In this document: piece after piece, positions 30,123 through 39,613 of the stretch
Layout of the letters: each line of letters opens with the position of its first letter
Numbering within the stretch: the stretch's first letter is position 1
DNA from: Calditrichia bacterium
GTDB taxonomy: Bacteria > Calditrichota > Calditrichia > RBG-13-44-9 > J075
NCBI GenBank assembly: GCA_050633245.1
Contig: JBOEGD010000004.1
Coordinates: 223,220-281,205 of the forward strand
DNA length: 57,986 bases
Direction: 5' to 3'
Translations under genes and position numbers: made by a program
The notes under the pieces: generated by a model
Seen by the model: only the letters and a program-made list of their open reading frames with translations
What the model was told of the DNA's origin: nothing
The model's database searches: none

Positions 30123-32444
30123 ATGTCTAATCCCATCGAAATATTGAATAATGGTGAAATAAAACTTAAGGAGCCTGTTGTTCTGCCTCATGTTTTAGAT
30201 ATGTTGATTGTCGGAGGCGGTCCAGCGGGAACTGCTGCTGCATTCCGGGCAAAGGAGCTTGGTCTATCGGCACTAGTGATCGACTTTGACGATATACTAC
30301 GGCGAATCCGAGACTATGCGAAGGAAAAACCGATTCTTCCAAACTATGGTGGAACAGACAACGTTCGTTTTCCCAAAGGTGGTAAGCTGTTTTCCAAACT
30401 TCACTTTTCCCCAATCGACAAAGATCAAATGCATCAGCGATGGAAAAGATATTATCATGAATACAGCGTGCCTGCCAGAATAGGAATAGAGTTAATTTCT
30501 CTTGCAAGATGCGATGATCATATCTGGGAGGCCCAAATAAAAAATCACAATACCCAGAGCGAAGAGGTCTTGCTTGCAAGGCATGTTGTCATCGGCATTG
30601 GAAAAGGCTTTCCACGTCGATTTGATATTCCGGGCAACAGCGACGGTATTATTCATCGTCTTTCTGATGCCAAATTATATGTTGATGCACCGGTATGCGT
30701 GATTGGTGGTGGAACATCTGCCGCTGAAGCCGTTATTGCAATTTCAAATGCCAAGTCGCGTGCCGGTAACTCAACAGCAGTGTATTGGTCTTATCGCGGT
30801 GCCAAAATGCCGAGAGTCTCTGCGGCACTTTCTGAAGTGTTCTTTGAGGCCTACATGCAGAACGGCAATATTCGTTATTATCCTGGAAGTGAACCGGTGG
30901 CCGTTGTAACCTCACGGGAAAAGGGCGACTACCTATCTGTACAAGTCGATCGTCGAGAGATCCCGGGACGTCCGGTTGAAGCTACAAGCCTTCAGTTTCC
31001 AAAGGATAAGGTAATTGCCTGTATCGGAGAAGATTTGCCTACGAGTTTTTTGGATGGCCTCGGTATTCATATGATCGCCGGTGGAGAGAAAAACAAAAAG
31101 CGTATGGTAGTAACACCATTTTTGGAAACACAGCAAGAAAATGTCTTCCTGATAGGAGATATACTTAGTCAGATATATCTCGAAACGAGTAATTTTAATG
31201 CCGATCCCGCTTCTTTTAAAGAAGTAAAGCATCGCGGAAATATAAAATCTGCGTTAAAAGACGGCTTTTTGGTGGCAGAAGCAGTTTCGCAAAAGATTAA
31301 GGGTGTCGATAAAATTCATGTTCAAATTAGATACGCCGATGCTACCGAAAACCCTCCCGGTAATACCACTCTCATTTCGCGAATGGGTAACGGAATTCCA
31401 TCCTCGGCAACAGAACGGAATATTGGCACTGATTTTTCAGGCACTTCCATAGAGAGTGGAGCGTACCTAATGCGTTGTCTGCACGATGATCTTGAAGGAG
31501 AAAGTTTTAAACTTTCCAGGAATACACCAATGACCATTGGCCGGAAACAAAGTGATATTTGTTTTCCGCAAGATATGCTTTTGTCTGACACCCACGCATC
31601 GATTGAGTATAAAAATAGTAGGTATATTCTCACCGATACCAATAGCTCGAATGGCGTATTTTTTAAAGCGGCGGGTGGTAAGACGCTTGAGATTAAGACA
31701 GGATGTCTTATTCGCATCGGGAAGCAATTTCTTCAGCTACAGAGGGTAAAAGAAAAATTTGCGCTGCTTCATTATGACATCAATGGGAACCGGAAGAATG
31801 AATTCCAGCTTCCCGATAAGACGATTGTTCTCGGGAGAGAGGCACCGGATGTTAGTCTGGATTCAGAAGATATGATGTTGTCTCGCAGGCATCTGGCAGT
31901 CCTTACAAAAAAGGACAAGGTGTTTATACGCGATCTAAAAGGTCTTAACGGTACCTATGTTAAAGTGGATGAGCCTCTTGAATTGAAATCCGGAGATTGT
32001 TTTAGGGTGGGAAAGCAGGTGCTACAGTTCATTTCCGTTGCTGAAAAAGTATCGATTTCAGGATCCGAAGTGCCACCTGTATCAGACTCTCTTCAACTAA
32101 ACGACATATCGGAGTCTTCCGTTGCTGCTACACAAGAAAATACGTCTATCGGCGAGCTGACAATCACCTTCAAAAATAGCGGGAAGGTTCTGCCCTTTCA
32201 GAAGGGACAGAGCATCTGCGAGGTTGCGGAAAAGAATGGCATTGAGATTACAGCAGAATGCCATTCTGGTAGTTGTGGTAGCGATCCAATTCGTATTGTA
32301 TCGGGATTGGAGCATATTGTACCACCAGAAGATTCAGAGATAACGACAATTGAAGATATTTGTGAGTTGGAGGCCGGGAAGTGCCGCATGTCCTGCATGG
32401 TGCGCCCATGTGGCCCTGTGGTGGTGGAAGTGCTTAAACCGTAG
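30123..32444 (+). CDS. TrxB/FNR-like FAD-NAD(P)H oxidoreductase fused to two FHA domains and a [2Fe-2S] ferredoxin
   Basis: IVGGGPAG, VIGGGTSAAE, SYRG, VFLIGD; FHA motifs IGR..LSDTH..SNG and LGR..LSRRH..LNGT; CHSGSCGSD...CRMSC. Confidence 0.9.
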   Translation: MSNPIEILNNGEIKLKEPVVLPHVLDMLIVGGGPAGTAAAFRAKELGLSALVIDFDDILRRIRDYAKEKPILPNYGGTDNVRFPKGGKLFSKLHFSPIDKDQMHQRWKRYYHEYSVPARIGIELISLARCDDHIWEAQIKNHNTQSEEVLLARHVVIGIGKGFPRRFDIPGNSDGIIHRLSDAKLYVDAPVCVIGGGTSAAEAVIAISNAKSRAGNSTAVYWSYRGAKMPRVSAALSEVFFEAYMQNGNIRYYPGSEPVAVVTSREKGDYLSVQVDRREIPGRPVEATSLQFPKDKVIACIGEDLPTSFLDGLGIHMIAGGEKNKKRMVVTPFLETQQENVFLIGDILSQIYLETSNFNADPASFKEVKHRGNIKSALKDGFLVAEAVSQKIKGVDKIHVQIRYADATENPPGNTTLISRMGNGIPSSATERNIGTDFSGTSIESGAYLMRCLHDDLEGESFKLSRNTPMTIGRKQSDICFPQDMLLSDTHASIEYKNSRYILTDTNSSNGVFFKAAGGKTLEIKTGCLIRIGKQFLQLQRVKEKFALLHYDINGNRKNEFQLPDKTIVLGREAPDVSLDSEDMMLSRRHLAVLTKKDKVFIRDLKGLNGTYVKVDEPLELKSGDCFRVGKQVLQFISVAEKVSISGSEVPPVSDSLQLNDISESSVAATQENTSIGELTITFKNSGKVLPFQKGQSICEVAEKNGIEITAECHSGSCGSDPIRIVSGLEHIVPPEDSEITTIEDICELEAGKCRMSCMVRPCGPVVVEVLKP

Positions 32445-32467
32445 AGTCGCTTTTGAAGCGAGTTCTG

Positions 32468-34204
32468 CTATTCGGATCTCTTTATGGGAAGAATTACTGT
32501 GAAGGTTGAACCGTTGCCAACACGACTCTCCACTTCAATCTGTCCGTCATGATCCTGAACTATTTGATAGCTGGTTGCCAGACCAAGTCGCGCTCGAACT
32601 TTAGCGCTTCTGGTTGTAAAACTGGGGCTGAAGATTGTCTCAAGCTCAGATTGCGCAATGCCTCTCCCGGTATCTTTAATTTCGATATAAACCGCCCCAT
32701 CTGTCAGACGAGAGGTGATGGATATTTCTCCTACGCCTTCAATTGCCTCGCCTGCATTTTTAATAATATTGAAAAACACCTGGTTTAACATTCGAGCGTT
32801 GCATATAAGCGGTGGGATGTCTGCATAGCTGCGGTTAATTTCAATTTTATCAGACATGTCATGAGCCAATAGAGCCAGGGCGCTGTCAATTCCTTCGTGG
32901 ATATCCGCTTTCAGATACTCCGATTCATCCAGGCGAGCAAAATTTTTCAAGTTGCTCATGAGTTCACCAAGTCGCGTAGTGCCATCATCAATTAGCTGGT
33001 CTGCATTTTCAATAATGTTTAATGCTTTTGAGATTTCTCGTTCGGACTTTTCGGAATCCGCTGCTCGATTGTTTAAAGCAGACTGTAGTTTGGCAATCGC
33101 TTTCGCTTTTGTATCGTTCATGCTGCGCATGGCGCCAATAGGCGTATTAATCTCATGCGTTAAACCCGCGACAAGCTGACCAAGGCCCGCCATCTTTTCC
33201 TGTAGTATGATTTGCTTCTGCATTTCCTGCAGCTGGTTGAGCGTCTCTTCCAGTTTAATGTTCTTCTCGCTCAACTCAAGCGTTCGTGCTTCAACCTTTT
33301 GCTCCAAAGTTTGGTTGGCTTCCTCGAGACTGCGTTGAGACGATTCCAACTCCGATATCATCGAATTAAAGGCACCTGTTACAATGCTGAACTCGTCGCT
33401 TGTTGTAACAGCTACACGGGTACTGTAGTTGCCTGCGCGGACGGCCTCTATTTTTTCGAGCAGAAAGTCAAGTGGTTTGGTGAGTGATCTGGAAAGCACC
33501 AGAATTGCCACGATAACGCTAAGTAGAATAGCGACCCTGTCAATTGCAATCGATTCCACAGGTTCCATTTGAGAGAACACCTCATAATGCTCGGCAAATT
33601 CACTTGCGGTGTAAATTTCCAGGATTGTAAGCAGAGCCGGCATCAGCACTAAAATGATGATTACGACAAGTAATTTCTTGCGTACTTTAGATTTTCCGGG
33701 CGCATAAGCAATGCCAAACTTCTGATGCACTTGTTTGCGAAGATCCAGACTGAAGTCACCAATTACGAGCGATGCAATAAATGTCGGAAGTACTGCAAAA
33801 ATAAAGAAGGTTGGTGGAATTCCCAAGAGCAAGAATCCCAACGGCATTTTATCAACAGAAAATGTTTCGATATTTCGATAAATGGATGAATCGATAAACA
33901 AGGGTAATTGGGCGACCAGGTTAAAAAGGATGCCAATGATAAATATGCCTAAGGTCGAGAGAAACGTCAATTTCTTGATGCGGTCACGTGCGGCTTCAAT
34001 ATTGTTCTGATGGTCATATAACTGTGCAATTGGCTTGTAAATCCAGCGGGCATTTAACAGGCTGAGCAGCCCATAGAGAACAAATAATACACCACTTAAC
34101 TGAAAGAATACCAGCACCGAGCGGTGAGACAGCAGATAGACCATGTTAATCATCAGCAGCAGCGGCAATGGGCTGAGCATGGAAAGATAATAGCGCGTCT
34201 TCAT
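32468..34204 (-). CDS. Multi-TM HAMP sensor histidine kinase
   Basis: About six TM helices; HAMP (LTKPL...DEF...FNSM); EKMAGLGQLVAGLTHEINTP; NQVFFNIIKNA; DTGRGI. Confidence 0.93.
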   Translation of the reverse strand: MKTRYYLSMLSPLPLLLMINMVYLLSHRSVLVFFQLSGVLFVLYGLLSLLNARWIYKPIAQLYDHQNNIEAARDRIKKLTFLSTLGIFIIGILFNLVAQLPLFIDSSIYRNIETFSVDKMPLGFLLLGIPPTFFIFAVLPTFIASLVIGDFSLDLRKQVHQKFGIAYAPGKSKVRKKLLVVIIILVLMPALLTILEIYTASEFAEHYEVFSQMEPVESIAIDRVAILLSVIVAILVLSRSLTKPLDFLLEKIEAVRAGNYSTRVAVTTSDEFSIVTGAFNSMISELESSQRSLEEANQTLEQKVEARTLELSEKNIKLEETLNQLQEMQKQIILQEKMAGLGQLVAGLTHEINTPIGAMRSMNDTKAKAIAKLQSALNNRAADSEKSEREISKALNIIENADQLIDDGTTRLGELMSNLKNFARLDESEYLKADIHEGIDSALALLAHDMSDKIEINRSYADIPPLICNARMLNQVFFNIIKNAGEAIEGVGEISITSRLTDGAVYIEIKDTGRGIAQSELETIFSPSFTTRSAKVRARLGLATSYQIVQDHDGQIEVESRVGNGSTFTVILPIKRSE

Positions 34205-34409
34205 TTAAAAAGGATTCTGTTTTTATGAAATGTGACTCTTGTAAATAGTATACAGGTTTGGTTAACTATTTACAAGCTCCAGCTATACTTGGGGAATGAA
34301 CGGATAGAATTATAGAAAGTTGCGATAAGGTATTTTCTTCTACGATCTGTTAATTGTCTGTGCCTAAAAGGGGTAGGGGAGTCTATTTTCAAAAAGAGAG
34401 TAACCAGCA

Positions 34410-35300
34410 TTAGACGAATATCTGAGAACTTTCTGTGGGACGCGTAATTTTTGCCCAAAGATGCATTGCCAATAGCGCTGCTGCAAGTATGGGAAGAATC
34501 AATACGCTGCCTTCCGGTCCGAACTCGCCACCTGTTAGCCAGTCAGCACCATTTGTTTGATGCTCGACTAACCGCACGGTTGTGTGTCCACTGGCTGCAA
34601 ACCCAAAAATCGGACCTTGAAAGAAATTCCAACCCATGTGCATTCCCATAGACAGCCACAGTTGCCTGGTGGCGATTAAGCCATAAATTCGTAGAAACCC
34701 GAATATCACGATGATTCCGGAAGACAGTAAAGTGGAATTAGGATTGGCTGCATGCATAAGTCCATATAGCAGACAGGATGTTACTATTGCCCAGGTAAGT
34801 CCAAGGCCGGCTTTCATATTGTCGAAAAGATAGCCACGAAAAAATAGTTCCTCCCACCATCCGACAATGATGTGTAAGGCAAGGTAACCAAGCAAAGAAA
34901 GAAGAAAGCCCTCTACTTGCCATGCGAAACCCGTTATCTCCAGTTTGCCAAAGCCTATCAGTAAAAAGAAGAATGTCGCAGCCATTGCGGCACTTAGAAA
35001 GCAGCCAAAAATGAGGTCTTTGATTGCATTTGCGTCAAAATGCAGGCCAAGCGATACCAGAGAGCGTTTATCGAGACGTTTGCGTGCAACTGGTAGTAGG
35101 AGAGTTACTATGATTGCTGCTGCACCTATCAGTAAAAAATCTCTACCCAAGCCGGGAGCCGGACGCCCGCCAATGAACCACATCAGAGGGAGAATTATTG
35201 CCCAGGAGCACGCCATCACGGCGACTAAAAAAAGAATTATTCGCCATCCTGCACGCAGACGTTGTTCTTCCTTATTAAAAAAGATGTTCCTGATGTTCAT
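34410..35300 (-). CDS. CPBP (Abi/CAAX) family intramembrane metalloprotease
   Basis: LRAGWR, EELFFRGY, YGLMHAANP, HMGWNF, LTGGEFGPEG. Confidence 0.93.
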   Translation of the reverse strand: MNIRNIFFNKEEQRLRAGWRIILFLVAVMACSWAIILPLMWFIGGRPAPGLGRDFLLIGAAAIIVTLLLPVARKRLDKRSLVSLGLHFDANAIKDLIFGCFLSAAMAATFFFLLIGFGKLEITGFAWQVEGFLLSLLGYLALHIIVGWWEELFFRGYLFDNMKAGLGLTWAIVTSCLLYGLMHAANPNSTLLSSGIIVIFGFLRIYGLIATRQLWLSMGMHMGWNFFQGPIFGFAASGHTTVRLVEHQTNGADWLTGGEFGPEGSVLILPILAAALLAMHLWAKITRPTESSQIFV

Positions 35301-35573
35301 CGTGAGAGCTCTCCATTGCCATTCGTTCTAAACAAGTAGACAGGTTTCCATTGAATAAGTTGCAATAATAACGAAGCTGATGATATTGTCTGATTTATTT
35401 ATTATTCAAAACTGTTTGTTGTGGGGAGAATAGGTGAGGGGCAGAATTAAAGATAACTCAATTGCGAGGGCAAAAATGAGCAAATATACAGAGCTCAATG
35501 GATTGGTTGATTCTTTTGGGATACCGGTTTGTTTATTGCCTTAACCCAAAACAGTCAGTTGTTTAAGGAATGC

Positions 35574-36245
35574 TTACATTTTTTCTTCGTCGAAGAAGAA
35601 GCGGATATGATCTAAGCTCTCAAGCTGGTTCAGCTCTTTTACGAACTGAGGGCTTGCGTCTTTGTGTTTCAAAACGACAAAATAAGATAGATCAAACTTT
35701 TCATCTACTCCGAGGGCTTGCATGTTTACCAGACTATGACTTTTGCAGTATTTCTTGAATATGGGTAGAAACGATTGATTTTCATCCTCCAGGACACTTT
35801 GAAATTGAATCAGAAAGTCCTTTTTCTGGGGCACAGCATATTGAGTTTTTGAGAGGATCAGTATAATTCCACCGATAAAGATGGTCGCAAAAAATGCTCC
35901 GATGCGTACGCCGACACCGGCAGCCATGCCCACTGCAAGTGAGAAGAAGATGAAAACAATATCTTGAGTGCTCTTTACCGCGGTTCTGAAGCGGATGATA
36001 GACATCGCGCCAACCAAACCGAACGCCCGGGCTAAATTGTTGCCGATTACCATAATAACAAGAGCGGTAATCATCGATAATAGAACCAGCGACTGCACAA
36101 AGCTTGGTGAATAATTAGGGCTTTCGCAGCTCCAGCGATAAATATAGGAAATAATAAATCCGCAAAAGAAGGCCATTAACAGGTTGAATACAACCTCGTC
36201 AAATTCCAGCGCGGTAATAAAGACATTCTGAAATTCATTTAACAT
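35574..36245 (-). CDS. DUF4956-family membrane protein
   Basis: IMVIGNNLARAFGLVGAMSIIRFRTAVK..DIVFIF...GMAAG; adjacent to the VTC gene. Confidence 0.9.
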   Translation of the reverse strand: MLNEFQNVFITALEFDEVVFNLLMAFFCGFIISYIYRWSCESPNYSPSFVQSLVLLSMITALVIMVIGNNLARAFGLVGAMSIIRFRTAVKSTQDIVFIFFSLAVGMAAGVGVRIGAFFATIFIGGIILILSKTQYAVPQKKDFLIQFQSVLEDENQSFLPIFKKYCKSHSLVNMQALGVDEKFDLSYFVVLKHKDASPQFVKELNQLESLDHIRFFFDEEKM

Positions 36246-36292
36246 CTTATAAAATCCTTTTTGTTCAAAACTAATTCTGTCGGGTTCGTTGT

Positions 36293-37045
36293 CTACTGTA
36301 CCCTGTTGTAAAACGGAATTGGCGGTTCAGAATTGCGATGTGAATCAATGCATATTGTATATTTGGACAACGCTTTAAGTGGAAATGCCATTTCTCCAAT
36401 AATATATTGTAGCCATTGAGGGTATGAGCCTCTGCCCTTTATCTCAAGAATGAAGTGTTCTGGTAACGGATAGTTCGTGCTTACTTCGGTATAGAGATCA
36501 TCCGATTTACAGAACAGCGAGCCTCTGAGGTTCTTATCAAATGTGATGCGCAGCGATCGATTAAACTTATAAAAATAGGCCTCGCGATCATATATTACTT
36601 TAACCACCGGTTTCAGAGAGTGTCTGTTCAGGTGATAAAAAAACTTCCGGGCATTTGCCAGCGAATTAGCCTTGCCCTTTTGTAAGCCGGCATAGGTTTC
36701 GATGTCGTTGGTCTCTAATAGCTGAGACAAGTTTTTGAAGTAAACCGGAGCGCGGTTTTTGCTGATTAAAGAATTTCGTTTGCGTTTAATTTCCAAAAAT
36801 ATTACAGAATCATCTTGTTCGCAGTCATATCCACGAATTCTAAGTTTTTTCCTGAACTGTAGCCCTTCGATTTTCTCATTGTAATATCGCAATCTGCTCG
36901 TGTCATAATAAATGCTACGGACTGTATAGGTGTTATCCACACACCTTGAGGCAAAGTCATCTACATTGATATAGCTACGAAGAAAATCACGTAGTTCAGA
37001 CATGCGTGCTTTGGGCACGAGGTATTTGTTCTCGAATCTGGCCAT
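36293..37045 (-). CDS. VTC-domain (polyphosphate polymerase, CYTH-like tunnel) protein
   Basis: RFENKY, VRSIYYDT, KKLRIRGY, FLEIKRK, YDREAY, RITFD, ILEIK, SKY. Confidence 0.92.
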   Translation of the reverse strand: MARFENKYLVPKARMSELRDFLRSYINVDDFASRCVDNTYTVRSIYYDTSRLRYYNEKIEGLQFRKKLRIRGYDCEQDDSVIFLEIKRKRNSLISKNRAPVYFKNLSQLLETNDIETYAGLQKGKANSLANARKFFYHLNRHSLKPVVKVIYDREAYFYKFNRSLRITFDKNLRGSLFCKSDDLYTEVSTNYPLPEHFILEIKGRGSYPQWLQYIIGEMAFPLKALSKYTICIDSHRNSEPPIPFYNRVQ

Positions 37046-37056
37046 AGTTCGTTCCG

Positions 37057-38127
37057 TTACCGTGAAAACATCTTGTTTAAGTATTTACCCATATATTGCG
37101 ACATCGTCAATTCTGTGCCTTCGATTGTGCATTTGCTAAATAGAAAGGGAGCCAGTTCTTGGCTAGGCTCCTCAAGTTCTGCTATAGCGGTAAAAACCTG
37201 TTTGCCGTTTAAAATCCCGGTATTAAGATTTAGTCTAATGATTTTCCCCTGCTGCTTCCCGCCGTTTTCCAAGGTTACGATATCACCTTCGGCAACTGCA
37301 TGGCGCTCTGTCCAGGGAATCGGCAGCACCACAAGGAATTTTTCCTCTCCGGCCATCAGAAGCGTATCGGCAGCAAAACTTTTGTAAATTCTGCCTGTTA
37401 TGCTCGAACGAAAGGTGAACTGACGTTGCCGCTCTTCTAACACTCGAATTTCTTCTTCATAACGTTCAATTTCAGATAAAACCAGTCTAAGTTGTTCCGG
37501 CTTTGCACCGGACGTCGTCGATTGTAAACGAGCCATTGCCAGTTCCGATTCCAACTTGGAAATGATGCTTGCACTACGGGCGATCTCTATCTCTTCTTTT
37601 GAAACCAAATTCTTTTCATAGAGAACCTTCTGACGCTCATAGAGGCGTTCCTGAAGTCCGGCCTTTTCTTTGCTTAGTTCACCGGCACTTAGTGCTGCAT
37701 TTACTTCTGTCTCTTTTGCGCCGGTGCGATAGAAGGCGAGTGAAGACTTGGCGATCTTAAGTTGCCCCTTTAACTCGGCGAGACGTCTCTCGTTTTCATT
37801 CGAGCGAAGATAGGCAACCGTATCACCATGAGTAATGCCGTGTTTTGTTAACACTTTACGATTAATGTTAAACTGTAACGCATCGCCTCTTTCGACCAGG
37901 ACGGCAAAGTAATTCTCCGTAAACCCGGAGCGGTGGTCTTTCACGCTGGAAATAAGTCCTCCATCACTGCTTCGTTGAATCAACCACTCGCGAGCAGGAA
38001 TAATTCGTGCAACGCTTGAGATGTCATATCGCAATTTGATGGGAGAGATCAGTGTAAATGCGATTAGAAGTATAGCGACAATTGCTCCGCCAATAATCCA
38101 ATATTTTCTACGATCACTACTTACCAA
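37057..38127 (-). CDS. HlyD-like periplasmic adaptor / membrane fusion protein
   Basis: N-terminal TM; GDTVAYL; long coiled coil with LYEKNLVSKEEIE; RSSITG. Confidence 0.75.
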   Translation of the reverse strand: MVSSDRRKYWIIGGAIVAILLIAFTLISPIKLRYDISSVARIIPAREWLIQRSSDGGLISSVKDHRSGFTENYFAVLVERGDALQFNINRKVLTKHGITHGDTVAYLRSNENERRLAELKGQLKIAKSSLAFYRTGAKETEVNAALSAGELSKEKAGLQERLYERQKVLYEKNLVSKEEIEIARSASIISKLESELAMARLQSTTSGAKPEQLRLVLSEIERYEEEIRVLEERQRQFTFRSSITGRIYKSFAADTLLMAGEEKFLVVLPIPWTERHAVAEGDIVTLENGGKQQGKIIRLNLNTGILNGKQVFTAIAELEEPSQELAPFLFSKCTIEGTELTMSQYMGKYLNKMFSR

Positions 38128-38395
38128 GATGTATCTCCATTCACTTTACCCGTGTGTAGCGGAACGAGTGTATAATCACTTCAAAAATCTAAAAGCATGT
38201 CTCTGTAGCCAGGCTGATAGAACTTTGCACTATATATCTTCTTCTAGATAAAGCCGGTGGGGCAATAGCTTATCCATAAACCGAAGTAGCTACCGCGATT
38301 TTAAATAAATAAGTTAAGTCTTTGGTGCTCCTGTGCTCACCCCAAAGCAAGAGTCCCACCCCTAAAAAAATTACTCTCACTAAAGACGAGGTTTA

Positions 38396-39613
38396 CTATT
38401 TAATCAGAAGCATCTTTATGGTGTCTCTAAAAGAATCGACATTCATCACTGCATAATAAAGCCCACTTGGTAAATTCGCTCCGGAGTCTGTCTTTCCATT
38501 CCATGTTATTTCAAAAGTGCCGGCGCTTAAAGTACCATCGTAAAGTTTTCTGACAACTTGTCCCAGCGCATTATAGATGACAAACTCAGCCCGACTTTCT
38601 CCTCTGTCAAGCAATGGAACATCAAACCTCAGTCTGGTCTCCGGATTGAAGGGGTTAGGATAGTTTGAATATAGTTTAAAGCTGGTTGGTATATCTGTAG
38701 ACAGTGAATTGATGTCTTCCCCATCTAAATTAAGCGTAATGGAAATGGGGTTGTGCAAGGTAATTCTTCCGGCGAAATCCACGTCGGCTAGTCTGTACCA
38801 ATAGGTGCGTCCGGCAACGACCCAACGATCGGTAAAATCGTATTCGTTGCGTACAACAGAGTTTCCCTGACCTTCCAGGTCCGGATTGTTTAAATAACTT
38901 GAAATAATGGTATATCCCTCAGCTTCATCATTCGAGCGCAGCACTTGAAATCCGAGATTATTCACTTCGCTCTCGGTTGCCCATTTTAATGCAACGGTAC
39001 TGTTGCTGGCAGTTGCTGCAAACGAACTAAGCTCAACCGGCAAAGCTTCATCACCAATTTCACTTGGAGAGGACAATGTTTGATTATTAATGACGCCGGT
39101 ATTGGGTTCATTTTGATAATTCTCAAAAAGACCGATGGCGTTACTTCCCGAGACTATTGTCAAATCGGTTGATCCACTCGCATCTGCAATTGTAAAGTTT
39201 ATCTGTGCCCAGGAGTCGAAGGTCGTTTCAATATCATAACCTGGGGGGTCTCCACCACCGTTTTCATTAACTCCAACTCCGGTAACCAAAAGCCGGACTG
39301 TGCTTGTCGAGAGTGATGAATTGTTTGTAGCAGACCGACTGTAGCCTTGCGCGAAACCAAATGCCCAATTGTTGGTGTTAACGTAGGTTAGTTTTGCAGG
39401 ATCGTAAACAATGTCGATAGTCGCTGAACCAAGTGTTCGTGCCGTCGGCAGGTTCGTACCTTTTATTCTGACCTCTACTTGGAAGTTACCACCGATTGTC
39501 TGGTCATTTGTGATAACTTCTAATGCTTGATCTACCGTCGTCTGGGCCGTTACAAAAGAGGAAAGGCAACAGAGAGCGATAATGCATGTGATTTGGTAGA
39601 CTTTAGTTAGCAT
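38396..39613 (-). CDS. Secreted cohesin-like domain protein with C-terminal sorting domain
   Basis: Signal peptide; FQVEVRIK...LGSATIDIVYDPAKLTY (cohesin-like); LPVELSSF...WATESE.NNLGF; NYPNPFNPET tail. Confidence 0.75.
   Translation of the reverse strand: MLTKVYQITCIIALCCLSSFVTAQTTVDQALEVITNDQTIGGNFQVEVRIKGTNLPTARTLGSATIDIVYDPAKLTYVNTNNWAFGFAQGYSRSATNNSSLSTSTVRLLVTGVGVNENGGGDPPGYDIETTFDSWAQINFTIADASGSTDLTIVSGSNAIGLFENYQNEPNTGVINNQTLSSPSEIGDEALPVELSSFAATASNSTVALKWATESEVNNLGFQVLRSNDEAEGYTIISSYLNNPDLEGQGNSVVRNEYDFTDRWVVAGRTYWYRLADVDFAGRITLHNPISITLNLDGEDINSLSTDIPTSFKLYSNYPNPFNPETRLRFDVPLLDRGESRAEFVIYNALGQVVRKLYDGTLSAGTFEITWNGKTDSGANLPSGLYYAVMNVDSFRDTIKMLLIK

Noticed and set aside
30123-31300. 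Thioredoxin reductase trxB
   Set aside because: No redox-active CxxC, and the protein carries extra FHA and ferredoxin domains.
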